DNA of 64,000 bases, from assembly GCA_937923965.1 (NCBI GenBank), contig CALDTL010000021.1, positions 3,431-67,430 on the forward strand, written 5' to 3'. This DNA is from an uncultured Caulobacterales bacterium. Its GTDB lineage: Bacteria > Pseudomonadota > Alphaproteobacteria > Caulobacterales > Maricaulaceae. The notes beneath the pieces are model-generated. The model saw nothing but the letters and a program-made list of their open reading frames with translations. It was not told where the DNA came from and ran no database searches. How positions within the stretch are numbered: the first letter of the stretch is position 1; each line of letters starts with the position of its first letter. The position numbers were made by a program, and so were the translations under genes. This document shows, piece after piece, positions 39,789 through 48,101 of this stretch.

Positions 39789-41873
39789 ATGCCAAAGTTA
39801 ACATTATCGTCCTTTAACAACCCGACGGTTTTTCTCGCCATGGGGCTGATGATGATCATCATTATGATGGTCTTGCCGGTTCCATCATGGATCCTAGATG
39901 CCGGTCTCACCGTGTCTTTTGCTTTTGCAATCCTGATTTTTACAATTGTGTTATTTATTGAGCAGCCGCTGGACTTTTCCTCCTTTCCTGCCGTTCTCTT
40001 GGCGTCTTTGCTCTTGCGTTTATCGCTGAATATTTCGTCTACTAAATTGATAATTGGCGAAGGTCATACTGGGTCAGGCGCGGCCGGAGGCGTCATCGAA
40101 GGGTTCGCCATGTTTATAATGGGGGGCAACATCTTCATTGGCCTGATCGTGTTCTCGGTCCTCGTCATCGTGAATTTTATGGTCATTACGAAAGGCGCAG
40201 GCCGCATGGCGGAAGTCGGTGCGCGCTTCGCCTTAGATGCCATGCCTGGCAAGCAAATGGCGATTGATGCAGATCTGGCTGCTGGGGCAATCAGCCATGA
40301 GGAAGCCCGCCTTCGGCGGACAAGAGAGCAAGAGGAAACAGCCTTTCTCGGGTCTTTAGACGGCGTATCAAAATTCATGAAGGGCGACGCCATTGCGGGC
40401 ATACTGATCACTTTGCTGAATCTGATCGCGGGCATTGCCATTGGGGTCGGCGTTCACAAAGTTGGCTTTGGCGAGGCGATGAAAAATTACTCCATCCTGA
40501 CCGTAGGAGATGGGTTGGTTTCGCAGATTCCAGCCGTAATCATTTCCATTGCTGCGGGCTTGTTGCTCGCGAAAGGTAAAGGTGAGGGGACGGTTGATCT
40601 TTCGCTGTTTAAGCAATTTGCTCAATATCCTTCGGCTTTGATGGCGGTCTCGGGGATTATGCTGATTTTTGCATTCTTTCCGGGACTTCCCTTTATTCCA
40701 TTTATGATCGGTGCGCTTGTTCTCGGCTATGTCGCCTACCGATCGATTATGTCTTCAGAAGCTGAGAAGGAAAGTCAGGAACAGACTGAAAAAATCGAAC
40801 AAGACGCTCCGTCGGAACCGCTCTTGGGCGATGCTATGGATATTGATGAAGTACATGTTGAGTTGTCGAAAGAGCTTGTTCCTGTCGCCATGAGCGAAGA
40901 TTTTGGGTTCGATAAGAGAGTTGAAAAAATACGAAAATATGTTGCAACCGAATTTGGTTTCATTTTGCCATCCATCCGGTTGACCGATAACACACAGCTC
41001 GAAGCCAATACATATCGTATAAATATTCAGGGCTCTGAGGTCGCGAGTAATCTGCTGCATCCACGTCATATTCTCGCGTTGATGGAGACCGCAGACAATC
41101 CAGAAATCCCAGGTATAAATACCCGAGAGCCGGTCTATAATGCGCCGGCCCGCTGGGTCGGAAAAGAGCATCAGGACGAGTTAATGATGCTCGGTGTTCC
41201 CACAGTTGAGGTCACGGAAGTTCTGGCGACGCATCTGTTAGAAACAGTTCAGGCGAATTTCACGAAACTTCTGACACGCCGATCATTGCGCGAAACTTTG
41301 GACACATTCAAGGACGTCACAGATCCCGACCGCGCTGCCTCAAATAAGAAAATCCTAGAAGAGTTTCTACCGGATAAGGTTCCTATGGAAAGTCTTCAAG
41401 CCGTCTTGCGACTTCTTTTGGAGGAACGAATTTCCATTCGTAATATTCCGGTTATCTTGGAAACTATTGCCGAGGCCCGGGGTTCATTGACGGCGCCCGA
41501 TCAAATCGCTGATTTTGTGAGACGACGTCTCAGTTACCAATTTGTGACCAAATTACGTGATAGTCAGGGTCGGTTGCCTTTGGTGCAAATCGGGCCAGAT
41601 TGGGAGACACAATTTTCTTCACATGAAATCGCTGACGGGTCGGGCCGAACAGACATCGCTTTGCCGCCCGATGAGTTCAATCGCCTTGCGAACTCTGTTA
41701 AATCCCAATTGGATCAATCAGCCACCCAAGGTCATTTTGCTGCCGTTGCGACAAGTGCGAAACGGCGACGTTTTTTGAAGACAGTTTTATCTGCAAAGGG
41801 TATTCGAAATCCCGTCATATCTTATGAAGAGATCACGGCGACCGAACGTCCGGCGATTGTCGGCGTGGCCTAA
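39789..41873 (+). CDS. flhA: Export gate protein FlhA
   Basis: RLSLNISSTKLI, TKGAGRMAEVGARFALDAMPGKQMAIDADL, LTVGDGLVSQIPA. Confidence 0.98.
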   Translation: MPKLTLSSFNNPTVFLAMGLMMIIIMMVLPVPSWILDAGLTVSFAFAILIFTIVLFIEQPLDFSSFPAVLLASLLLRLSLNISSTKLIIGEGHTGSGAAGGVIEGFAMFIMGGNIFIGLIVFSVLVIVNFMVITKGAGRMAEVGARFALDAMPGKQMAIDADLAAGAISHEEARLRRTREQEETAFLGSLDGVSKFMKGDAIAGILITLLNLIAGIAIGVGVHKVGFGEAMKNYSILTVGDGLVSQIPAVIISIAAGLLLAKGKGEGTVDLSLFKQFAQYPSALMAVSGIMLIFAFFPGLPFIPFMIGALVLGYVAYRSIMSSEAEKESQEQTEKIEQDAPSEPLLGDAMDIDEVHVELSKELVPVAMSEDFGFDKRVEKIRKYVATEFGFILPSIRLTDNTQLEANTYRINIQGSEVASNLLHPRHILALMETADNPEIPGINTREPVYNAPARWVGKEHQDELMMLGVPTVEVTEVLATHLLETVQANFTKLLTRRSLRETLDTFKDVTDPDRAASNKKILEEFLPDKVPMESLQAVLRLLLEERISIRNIPVILETIAEARGSLTAPDQIADFVRRRLSYQFVTKLRDSQGRLPLVQIGPDWETQFSSHEIADGSGRTDIALPPDEFNRLANSVKSQLDQSATQGHFAAVATSAKRRRFLKTVLSAKGIRNPVISYEEITATERPAIVGVA

Positions 41874-42676
41874 TGGATTTCCTGACAAATTTCTCTGATG
41901 TCATATTGGAGAATATTCTTCTTCTCGTACCTGTCATTGCGATTTTCACTCGTCTGTCCATTTTTATCTATTTGCTTCCCGGCGTCGGCGAGACGGTCAT
42001 ACCGCAGCGCATAAGGCTTGGCATGGCCTTCCTTATTACATGGATTCTCGTGCCCCTTATATTGCCAAACCTGACGGTTCCAAATCTCACGCTGCAAGCG
42101 GGGGCTTTGTTAATTGTGAAGGAAGGGTTTTATGGATTTGTTCTGGGGTTCGCTTTCCGATTGATGGTTTTTACCTTGCAAATTCTAGGGAATATTGTGT
42201 CTCAGGCCTTGTCAATTTCTCAAGTTCTGGGCGAAGGCATAGCAACGGAGCCAAACACGACAATCAGCACACTGCTTATGATGGCTGGCGCGACATTACT
42301 CGTAACGATGGACCTACATATTGAGGCAATTGGTGTTTTTTACCGGAGCTATGAGGTTTTTCCGATCGGCAGCGCACCAAATTTGGATAATATTGCCTAT
42401 TGGATGACGCATAAAGCCATGGGAACGATCAGTTTTGCTGTGACTCTCGCGCTGCCTTTTATCATATTGAACTTTGTCTATAATTTGATGCTGGGATTCC
42501 TTAATCGCGCCATGCCTCAGCTTATGGTGTCTTTCGTTGGCATGCCTGCCATCACTGGAGCAGGCTTGTTCCTCATGGTTATCGCGACGGGGAGTATATT
42601 GCTGTTTTGGGCGCAGGAATATTGGACATCCTTTAATGGATTTCAGGACCTGTCCAATTATGGGTTTCCGCAATGA
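41873..42676 (+). CDS. fliR: Export protein FliR
   Basis: LPGVGE..IP.RIR, LNRAMPQLMVSFVGMP; multiple TMs. Confidence 0.92.
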   Translation: MDFLTNFSDVILENILLLVPVIAIFTRLSIFIYLLPGVGETVIPQRIRLGMAFLITWILVPLILPNLTVPNLTLQAGALLIVKEGFYGFVLGFAFRLMVFTLQILGNIVSQALSISQVLGEGIATEPNTTISTLLMMAGATLLVTMDLHIEAIGVFYRSYEVFPIGSAPNLDNIAYWMTHKAMGTISFAVTLALPFIILNFVYNLMLGFLNRAMPQLMVSFVGMPAITGAGLFLMVIATGSILLFWAQEYWTSFNGFQDLSNYGFPQ

Positions 42677-43755
42677 GTGGCGGGGGCGATAATGATGGTC
42701 AGGAAAAGTCCTTTGATGCATCTGAGTCAAAGATTAAAAAATCACGGGACAAAGGCGATACGCCGCAGTCAAAAGAAGCCAATACATTTATGCTCTATGC
42801 GAGCCTTATGGTTGTGATCGCCATGGTGGGCGGGAGTGTAACACAACAGTTATTTTCCTCTATGTCAGTTATGCTCTCTCGTCCTTCTGAGCTGGGCACC
42901 ATGTTACTCCAAGATCAGGACGCTGTTCCATTTAGAGGCCTATTAAGCGCGATTGTCGTTGCGATGGGACCCGTGTTCCTCATACCCATGGTTTTTATCC
43001 TGATTTCGCTCGTTATCCAGCAGGCTATCGTTGTTGCGCCAGAGAAAATTAAACCAAAACTGTCTCGCATTTCGCCAATCTCCAATGCCAAACAAAAATA
43101 CGGGCCCACGGGTATGGTTGAGTTTCTCAAGCAATTTGCGAAGCTATCTTTCATAGCGGCTATTGCGGGGTTGTTCTTTTACCAAGCCTTTTATGAACTC
43201 GCAGGGCTCAGCTCGACATCCCCTCATACGCTTTTGGGGGAGATGAAACGTGTGACGTTAAAATTGACGCTATATATTCTCGTCGCCACGGCTTTGATAA
43301 CTCTGGTGGATCTCCCCTATGCGCGATTTGCGCATATGAAAAAATTGCGGATGACGCTCCAGGAAGTGAAAGATGAGTCTAAAGAGAGCGAAGGTGATCC
43401 TCATATGAAACGAGCGCGCCGTATGCGCGCAGAAGAAATTTCCAAATCAAACATGCTGCGAGATGTCGCTCAAGCGGACGTGATTATTGTAAACCCAACG
43501 CATTACGCGGTTGCGCTCCAGTGGTCGCGTGACACAGGCACTGTGCCGCTTTGTGTTGCCAAAGGTACGGACGAACTCGCGATGCGTATTCGAGAGCGCG
43601 CAGCTTTACATGACATACCCATTCACTCTGACCCGCCCTGCGCCCGGTCTCTTCACGCTGTTGTGGAGATTGGAGAGGGGATTAAACCCGAACATTATGC
43701 GGCGGTCGCGGCGGCTATTCATTTTGCCGACTCGGTGCGTCCTAAGGATTATTAA
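42673..43755 (+). CDS. flhB: Export switch protein FlhB
   Basis: EKSFDASESK, EVKDESKESEGDP, autocleavage motif NPTHYAVAL. Confidence 0.97.
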   Translation: MSGGGDNDGQEKSFDASESKIKKSRDKGDTPQSKEANTFMLYASLMVVIAMVGGSVTQQLFSSMSVMLSRPSELGTMLLQDQDAVPFRGLLSAIVVAMGPVFLIPMVFILISLVIQQAIVVAPEKIKPKLSRISPISNAKQKYGPTGMVEFLKQFAKLSFIAAIAGLFFYQAFYELAGLSSTSPHTLLGEMKRVTLKLTLYILVATALITLVDLPYARFAHMKKLRMTLQEVKDESKESEGDPHMKRARRMRAEEISKSNMLRDVAQADVIIVNPTHYAVALQWSRDTGTVPLCVAKGTDELAMRIRERAALHDIPIHSDPPCARSLHAVVEIGEGIKPEHYAAVAAAIHFADSVRPKDY

Positions 43756-43762
43756 GGCCAGC

Positions 43763-44182
43763 ATGAGCAAGTTAACAAAGATCGCCAAAATTCTTACGCT
43801 TCAACGAACCATCTGCGAGAGAGAGATTGCCGCATTGCGGATGAAAATGGCGGGCCACAATATAGAAATCCTCAAAATCCAGACGGAAATTAATGTGAAA
43901 AGCGATATGTGTTTCTCTGGAATTTCGGCCGAGGGCCCTATCCGGGAGGCGAGACAATTTGCGACATGGAATGAGCTAATGCGTGAAAAATTATTAGAAT
44001 TATCTGCGCAGAATGCTGAGCTTTCCAATCTTCTAAACATGAGGAAGGCTGCTCTCAAAGCATTGATTGTAAAAGAAGACCTCATTACGTCTCAGTTGGC
44101 TCACCGAGACTTTGTTGCCTTGGAGACACGGCTTCAGGGGGAAGCAGATCTCCGCCTCGAGCATTGGGTAATGTCCCGGTAA
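43763..44182 (+). CDS. Coiled-coil protein after flhB, possible FliJ-like chaperone
   Basis: 139 aa from ATG 43763, fully helical heptads, 7 nt after flhB; no other fliJ candidate in the cluster. Confidence 0.5.
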   Translation: MSKLTKIAKILTLQRTICEREIAALRMKMAGHNIEILKIQTEINVKSDMCFSGISAEGPIREARQFATWNELMREKLLELSAQNAELSNLLNMRKAALKALIVKEDLITSQLAHRDFVALETRLQGEADLRLEHWVMSR

Positions 44183-44325
44183 ATAATTACACTGCCGCCC
44201 GCAAAAAAGGGGGAGGAAGGGGTTAGTTAATTTGTGCTAGTGTGCTTGACTGGGCTCGAATGCCCTGGGCTGGGTAAGTTCTGTTTGGCGTGATATTGAT
44301 TACTAAAGGTTGTGTCGCGGGCAAC

Positions 44326-44340
44326 TGAAAAATCCTTTAA
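44326..44340 (+). promoter_or_regulatory. CtrA-like box with adjacent TGTCGCG (SciP-type motif at 44313-44319)
   Basis: TGAA-AAATCCT-TTAA, one mismatch, upstream of ORF 44350. Confidence 0.25.
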
Positions 44341-44349
44341 GGGGGAAAT

Positions 44350-44739
44350 ATGAACACTTCATTGAAGATGGATTCTGATGTGAATTCTGATGTGAGTGCG
44401 GTAGATGTTGATCTTGTTATTACGCAAGACAATAGATCGATTAAGGACATCATTGATGAGTACAAGGCCATTACAATAAAGTTGAGTTTATTGGCTGATA
44501 ATGTTCCGGGCACGGAAGAAGAAAATGTAGAAGATCTTATCAAGAAGGAAATTTTCCTTTTAGATCGCCGTGCGGCGCTTCTCGAAACAGCACTTTCACG
44601 GCCTGTTACGAGCCATGATGGAGCCGTAGAAATTTTAGCACTCTGGCATCTTGAGGTTATCCAAAGTCAAACCGCCGACAGTCTTTCGGCCGCTGATGAA
44701 TTGGTCAAATCCGTGTACGATTACCTCAAAATCAACTGA
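44350..44739 (+). CDS. Hypothetical acidic helical protein
   Basis: 129 aa, purine-rich RBS, 29 nt before the XRE gene. Confidence 0.6.
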   Translation: MNTSLKMDSDVNSDVSAVDVDLVITQDNRSIKDIIDEYKAITIKLSLLADNVPGTEEENVEDLIKKEIFLLDRRAALLETALSRPVTSHDGAVEILALWHLEVIQSQTADSLSAADELVKSVYDYLKIN

Positions 44740-44768
44740 TACTGCATCTAGCTGCAAGGAGGGTTCAT

Positions 44769-45134
44769 ATGCCCACCAATAATTCTAATCGGACTGCCAC
44801 TATAATTGACGAATATGTTGGCAGTCGTTTGAAGTCACTGCGAATGGATAGGGGAGTCAGCTTGAATGAGCTGGGTGAATTAGTTGATGTTTCATATCAG
44901 CAAATCCAGAAATACGAAAATGGGTCAAATCGAATTAGTGTCGGTCGCTTATGGGACTTTTGTAAAGTTTTTGAGGTCGTGCCAAATTACTTTTTCTTGG
45001 GGTTATGGGATAAAAATGAAGGCCGGTTCCATGATACTGACTTTATCAGAGCTCGGCACTCATTTAGGCAAGCCAGGACGGCCCATGCCGCGTTAAATGT
45101 CGGGTCTGGAACGAGCCGGGTGCTCTCTCGCTAA
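44769..45134 (+). CDS. XRE-family HTH transcriptional regulator (right copy)
   Basis: VGSRLKSLR...VSYQQIQKYENGSNRISVGRL. Confidence 0.9.
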   Translation: MPTNNSNRTATIIDEYVGSRLKSLRMDRGVSLNELGELVDVSYQQIQKYENGSNRISVGRLWDFCKVFEVVPNYFFLGLWDKNEGRFHDTDFIRARHSFRQARTAHAALNVGSGTSRVLSR

Positions 45135-45254
45135 CGAGGTTTCCCAGCTCAATAACATTGATCTAATCAGCGCGCCCGGGGGACAACGAGAGGCCTATCA
45201 AAATAGTCGATAAAAATTAACCAAATTAACCCTCTATTAGTTCTTTAAACAATA

Positions 45255-45374
45255 TACACCAAATACGGGAGTTTACAGCCGCTCTCGTATCCCGAATAAA
45301 TCCCATTGAATTGGGTGATATTCATCCCTCGATCGGCCTGACAGCCTTCCCAAAGGGGCTTGTCAGGCCTTTTT
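45255..45374 (+). ncRNA. Candidate small RNA with three stem-loops
   Basis: Stems ATACGGGAG/CTCTCGTAT, GAATA..CCCA/TGGG..TATTC, then a terminator hairpin. 5' end is a guess. Confidence 0.35.
45335..45374 (+). terminator. Intrinsic terminator
   Basis: GGCCTGACA/TGTCAGGCC stem extended by GCCTT/GGGGC, followed by TTTTT. Confidence 0.8.
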
Positions 45375-45580
45375 CGTGTGACGTTAACGCCCTTTGTCTC
45401 GAAAACAAACTGCCCCCAATGGCGCGACGCGATTAGCCCTTTATTCTTTCGCTCTCTGCGAGTAGCTATTTTTGGGTAGTCTTGATTCGATACCTGTTAG
45501 CCATGGGTGATTGACACGGGATTGACCGAGGCTGCTCAAACAACATCCCGGACTTTAATCGACGTTGCAAAGGGGAGGAT

Positions 45581-46282
45581 ATGGGTATTATTTCCGCTTT
45601 AGATGATCCAGACTTTCCCGCTGAGGTATTCTGTACACTAGGGAAAAATCCTGTGACGCCAAACAGCAGCGCCTTAGCGTTAGCGACGCTTTGGGAATAT
45701 CTCAGGTGCAATAATTTTAATGGATTCGGGTATTACCTATTCGACGTGACGACAGGTCAGCGAATAGCGCGGCAGGCACGATATAAAAGGTTAAATGAGT
45801 CCCAAGCTTTCAGCGTTTTTGACACGGTCCTGGAGGAGGTATTTTCTGCCGACCTGTCACAAGAGTCTGAGATCAAAACCAATGACGGCGCCGGGGCATT
45901 GTTGATTTATCCCGTTTATGGCCCGCATTACCAAAATGCAGTTTTTATTGTTGAAATGGAGTCCTTACCTAACTTGAGTATAGGAGATCTGCGTTGGAAT
46001 TTGGGCGCGGTTCTCCAGCAAGTTCATGTTACCATTGCGAAATCGGACTCATTGGCGCGACAGGCGGAATATTCACTTTCCCCCCGAGAGACAGAGGTTT
46101 TGACGTTGATGTCCCGGGGGCAGAGCAATCGTTCGATCGCCGAGAGTTTGGGGTTATCTGTTTACACGATAAATGCTCATGTTCGAAATCTCATGTTGAA
46201 GCTGGGTGAAACCGATCGGGTGAGTGCTTGTATCAGGGGATTGACGGTGCTCAGCGGATCAAGCGGGAATAATGCGCAGTAA
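45581..46282 (+). CDS. LuxR-family regulator (right copy), divergent N-terminal domain
   Basis: LSPRETEVLTLMSRGQSNRSIAESLGLSVYTINAHVRNLMLKLG; GGAGG RBS. Confidence 0.88.
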   Translation: MGIISALDDPDFPAEVFCTLGKNPVTPNSSALALATLWEYLRCNNFNGFGYYLFDVTTGQRIARQARYKRLNESQAFSVFDTVLEEVFSADLSQESEIKTNDGAGALLIYPVYGPHYQNAVFIVEMESLPNLSIGDLRWNLGAVLQQVHVTIAKSDSLARQAEYSLSPRETEVLTLMSRGQSNRSIAESLGLSVYTINAHVRNLMLKLGETDRVSACIRGLTVLSGSSGNNAQ

Positions 46283-46355
46283 CCAGATGGTTTCCGCAAA
46301 GAGAGATCATTAGATAATTCGCCTACATTCACAGGGCGTTTACTTTTTTGTTGAT

Positions 46356-46370
46356 ACACCATTATAGTGT
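46356..46370. promoter_or_regulatory. Candidate palindromic operator, site 4 (ACACCAT-T-ATAGTGT)
   Basis: 14/15 identical to the motA site; 17 nt upstream of ATG 46388. Confidence 0.55.
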
Positions 46371-46387
46371 TTAAACGACGTCAGCAT

Positions 46388-46807
46388 ATGAATAGATTTG
46401 CGAAGTTTGTAAGGATTTCTGTCCTCGCTGCACTGCTAGCTTTCACTGGATTATTCAACTCTACCTTCGCGGCGAATAATTCAAAAAAACCGGGGCAAAA
46501 TGAAAAAATTGAGGCGCCTGCGGCCTCCCTTTATAAGGCGCAACTTTTGGCCGCTTGCAACGCATTCGAGCCCAATTCTGAGGAAACGGCAAAGAGAGCG
46601 AATGAGGCAAAGCGGCTAAAGAACATGTTTGGCGCGTCTGAGACAGTTTTGACTTTCAAAGTTCACGGCGAAACCCGCGCAATGCTATTGCCCGACATTG
46701 AAGTTATAGACTCACGGCGGATAGGGGCCGCAGATAAAACCCAAACAAGTCTCGGCCGTAAAGCGTCGCCGAGTAAATCCACCCTGGCCCCATCAGAGTG
46801 CCCGTGA
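46388..46807 (+). CDS. Hypothetical exported protein
   Basis: Sec signal MNRFAKFVRISVLAALLAFTGLFNSTFA; two Cys. Confidence 0.65.
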   Translation: MNRFAKFVRISVLAALLAFTGLFNSTFAANNSKKPGQNEKIEAPAASLYKAQLLAACNAFEPNSEETAKRANEAKRLKNMFGASETVLTFKVHGETRAMLLPDIEVIDSRRIGAADKTQTSLGRKASPSKSTLAPSECP

Positions 46808-46858
46808 CCGAGGGTGATTTCAGGCGTCGGAATTATGGGTGTCGGCTTGATTTGAGGT

Positions 46859-47920
46859 ATGACTTACCGCGGCTTTTACCTGCTATCGCGCCGTAAAATG
46901 ATCCGCTTAGGCAAGTTGGAAAATCTAACGCAAGTTGGTGGAGTTTTTTATGTCAAGCTTTTATCTGCGGTGATCCTAGTTTGTATGGCGTGGGCAAACC
47001 CTGCATTTGCTCAGACGCCTTGTGAAGCTGTTAACTCGCTCCTCACAACAATTTCGACGGTCCGGGACATTGAAGCGGACATTCAAAATGAGCAATTTGA
47101 CGCCAATCTGACCAAATTAGAGGGCCAGGTAGGTAACATGTTTCTGCCAGCCCTTTTTCCTGAAATCGACTCAAAACAATTTGCAGCCGAGCAGATGATA
47201 GTCAGGGAATATATAGATGCCATCCAATTGTCATCTGAATTGCGAGGCGCTGGTCATTTGGGCGGGACTGGGCGCGAGGTAGAGATTAAATTAGCCTTAG
47301 GAGAGGCCGTTTCGACCCAATTCAAACTCGCCCTTGCGTCAATTGATAATTATTGGGGATGCGGAATGGTCTACGCCCCTGGTGGTGAGGTGGAAGACCA
47401 ATCTTCAAATCTCTCTACGCAATTCGGTCAAGAGCGTTCGAGATCAAACCTTGCGTTGGATAGGCAGAGTTCCATCCCGCGACTTTCAAATGCGTCAAAC
47501 CGGAGTTCTGGTGTCGGTAATGCGAGTCAGGTGACGCTCAATGCAATGATTTTAGACGGCGCCAGTAGCCTTTTTCTCGTCATCTCCCTTATCGCGGCGT
47601 TCGCGGCCACTGTTTTTCTATACCTGAGGCATCAGGCTGTCCAAACCGTACGGGAGGCTAGGCATCTTTTGTATCTACCGCTCATCTCCAAAATCGGCAG
47701 CGTTAAGCACCCTATGGTGCTAGTGGATATATCAATGAACGGCGGGAAGTTGAAACATGATCAATCCATAGAGGGTAAGCCGCAGATTAAACTCTATGTG
47801 GGGAGACGCTGGCTCTCGGGTCAGGTCAAATGGAGTAATTCATCCTATGCGGGCGTCTTGTTTAAATCACCCCTGACCGCTGATTTTTTATATGATGTGA
47901 TCCATCGGGAGAGCCCGTGA
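46859..47920 (+). CDS. Membrane-anchored PilZ-domain protein with periplasmic N-terminal domain
   Basis: Signal-like ...MAWANPAFA, TM near aa 235-255, then VREARH...VDISMNGGKL and YAGVLF (PilZ fold). Start uncertain. Confidence 0.75.
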   Translation: MTYRGFYLLSRRKMIRLGKLENLTQVGGVFYVKLLSAVILVCMAWANPAFAQTPCEAVNSLLTTISTVRDIEADIQNEQFDANLTKLEGQVGNMFLPALFPEIDSKQFAAEQMIVREYIDAIQLSSELRGAGHLGGTGREVEIKLALGEAVSTQFKLALASIDNYWGCGMVYAPGGEVEDQSSNLSTQFGQERSRSNLALDRQSSIPRLSNASNRSSGVGNASQVTLNAMILDGASSLFLVISLIAAFAATVFLYLRHQAVQTVREARHLLYLPLISKIGSVKHPMVLVDISMNGGKLKHDQSIEGKPQIKLYVGRRWLSGQVKWSNSSYAGVLFKSPLTADFLYDVIHRESP

Positions 47921-48101
47921 AATATGAGGCCATGATTTCGTAGCCTCAGACATTCAACTCACTGCATTCAGTTTACACGCATTTTCGCTTAACAAACGTG
48001 TTAATTGCAGGTAAGCAACGTGTATTGGTCTGGGGAAGATAGCATAATATTGTAGTGAACCCTACGGCGTTAGTGTCTTTAAAGCCGCGTGGGAGCGAAT
48101 T

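Noticed and set aside
36882-43755. Injectisome-type T3SS
   Set aside because: Export genes sit with rod, ring, hook, flagellin and stator genes, so the system is flagellar.
43511-43762. N-terminal extension of ORF 43511-44182
   Set aside because: Overlaps flhB out of frame on the same strand; ATG 43763 is the plausible start.
45217-45230. TTAA pairs as full CtrA boxes (also 47989-48004)
   Set aside because: Spacing is N5 and N8 rather than N7; half-sites at best.
45255-45374. c-di-GMP riboswitch upstream of the right luxR
   Set aside because: No GNRA tetraloop/receptor or GEMM-like motif recognised; kept only as a generic sRNA candidate.
10832-46282. Classical luxI/luxR quorum-sensing pair
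   Set aside because: No autoinducer synthase and no 20-bp lux-box-like palindrome seen.
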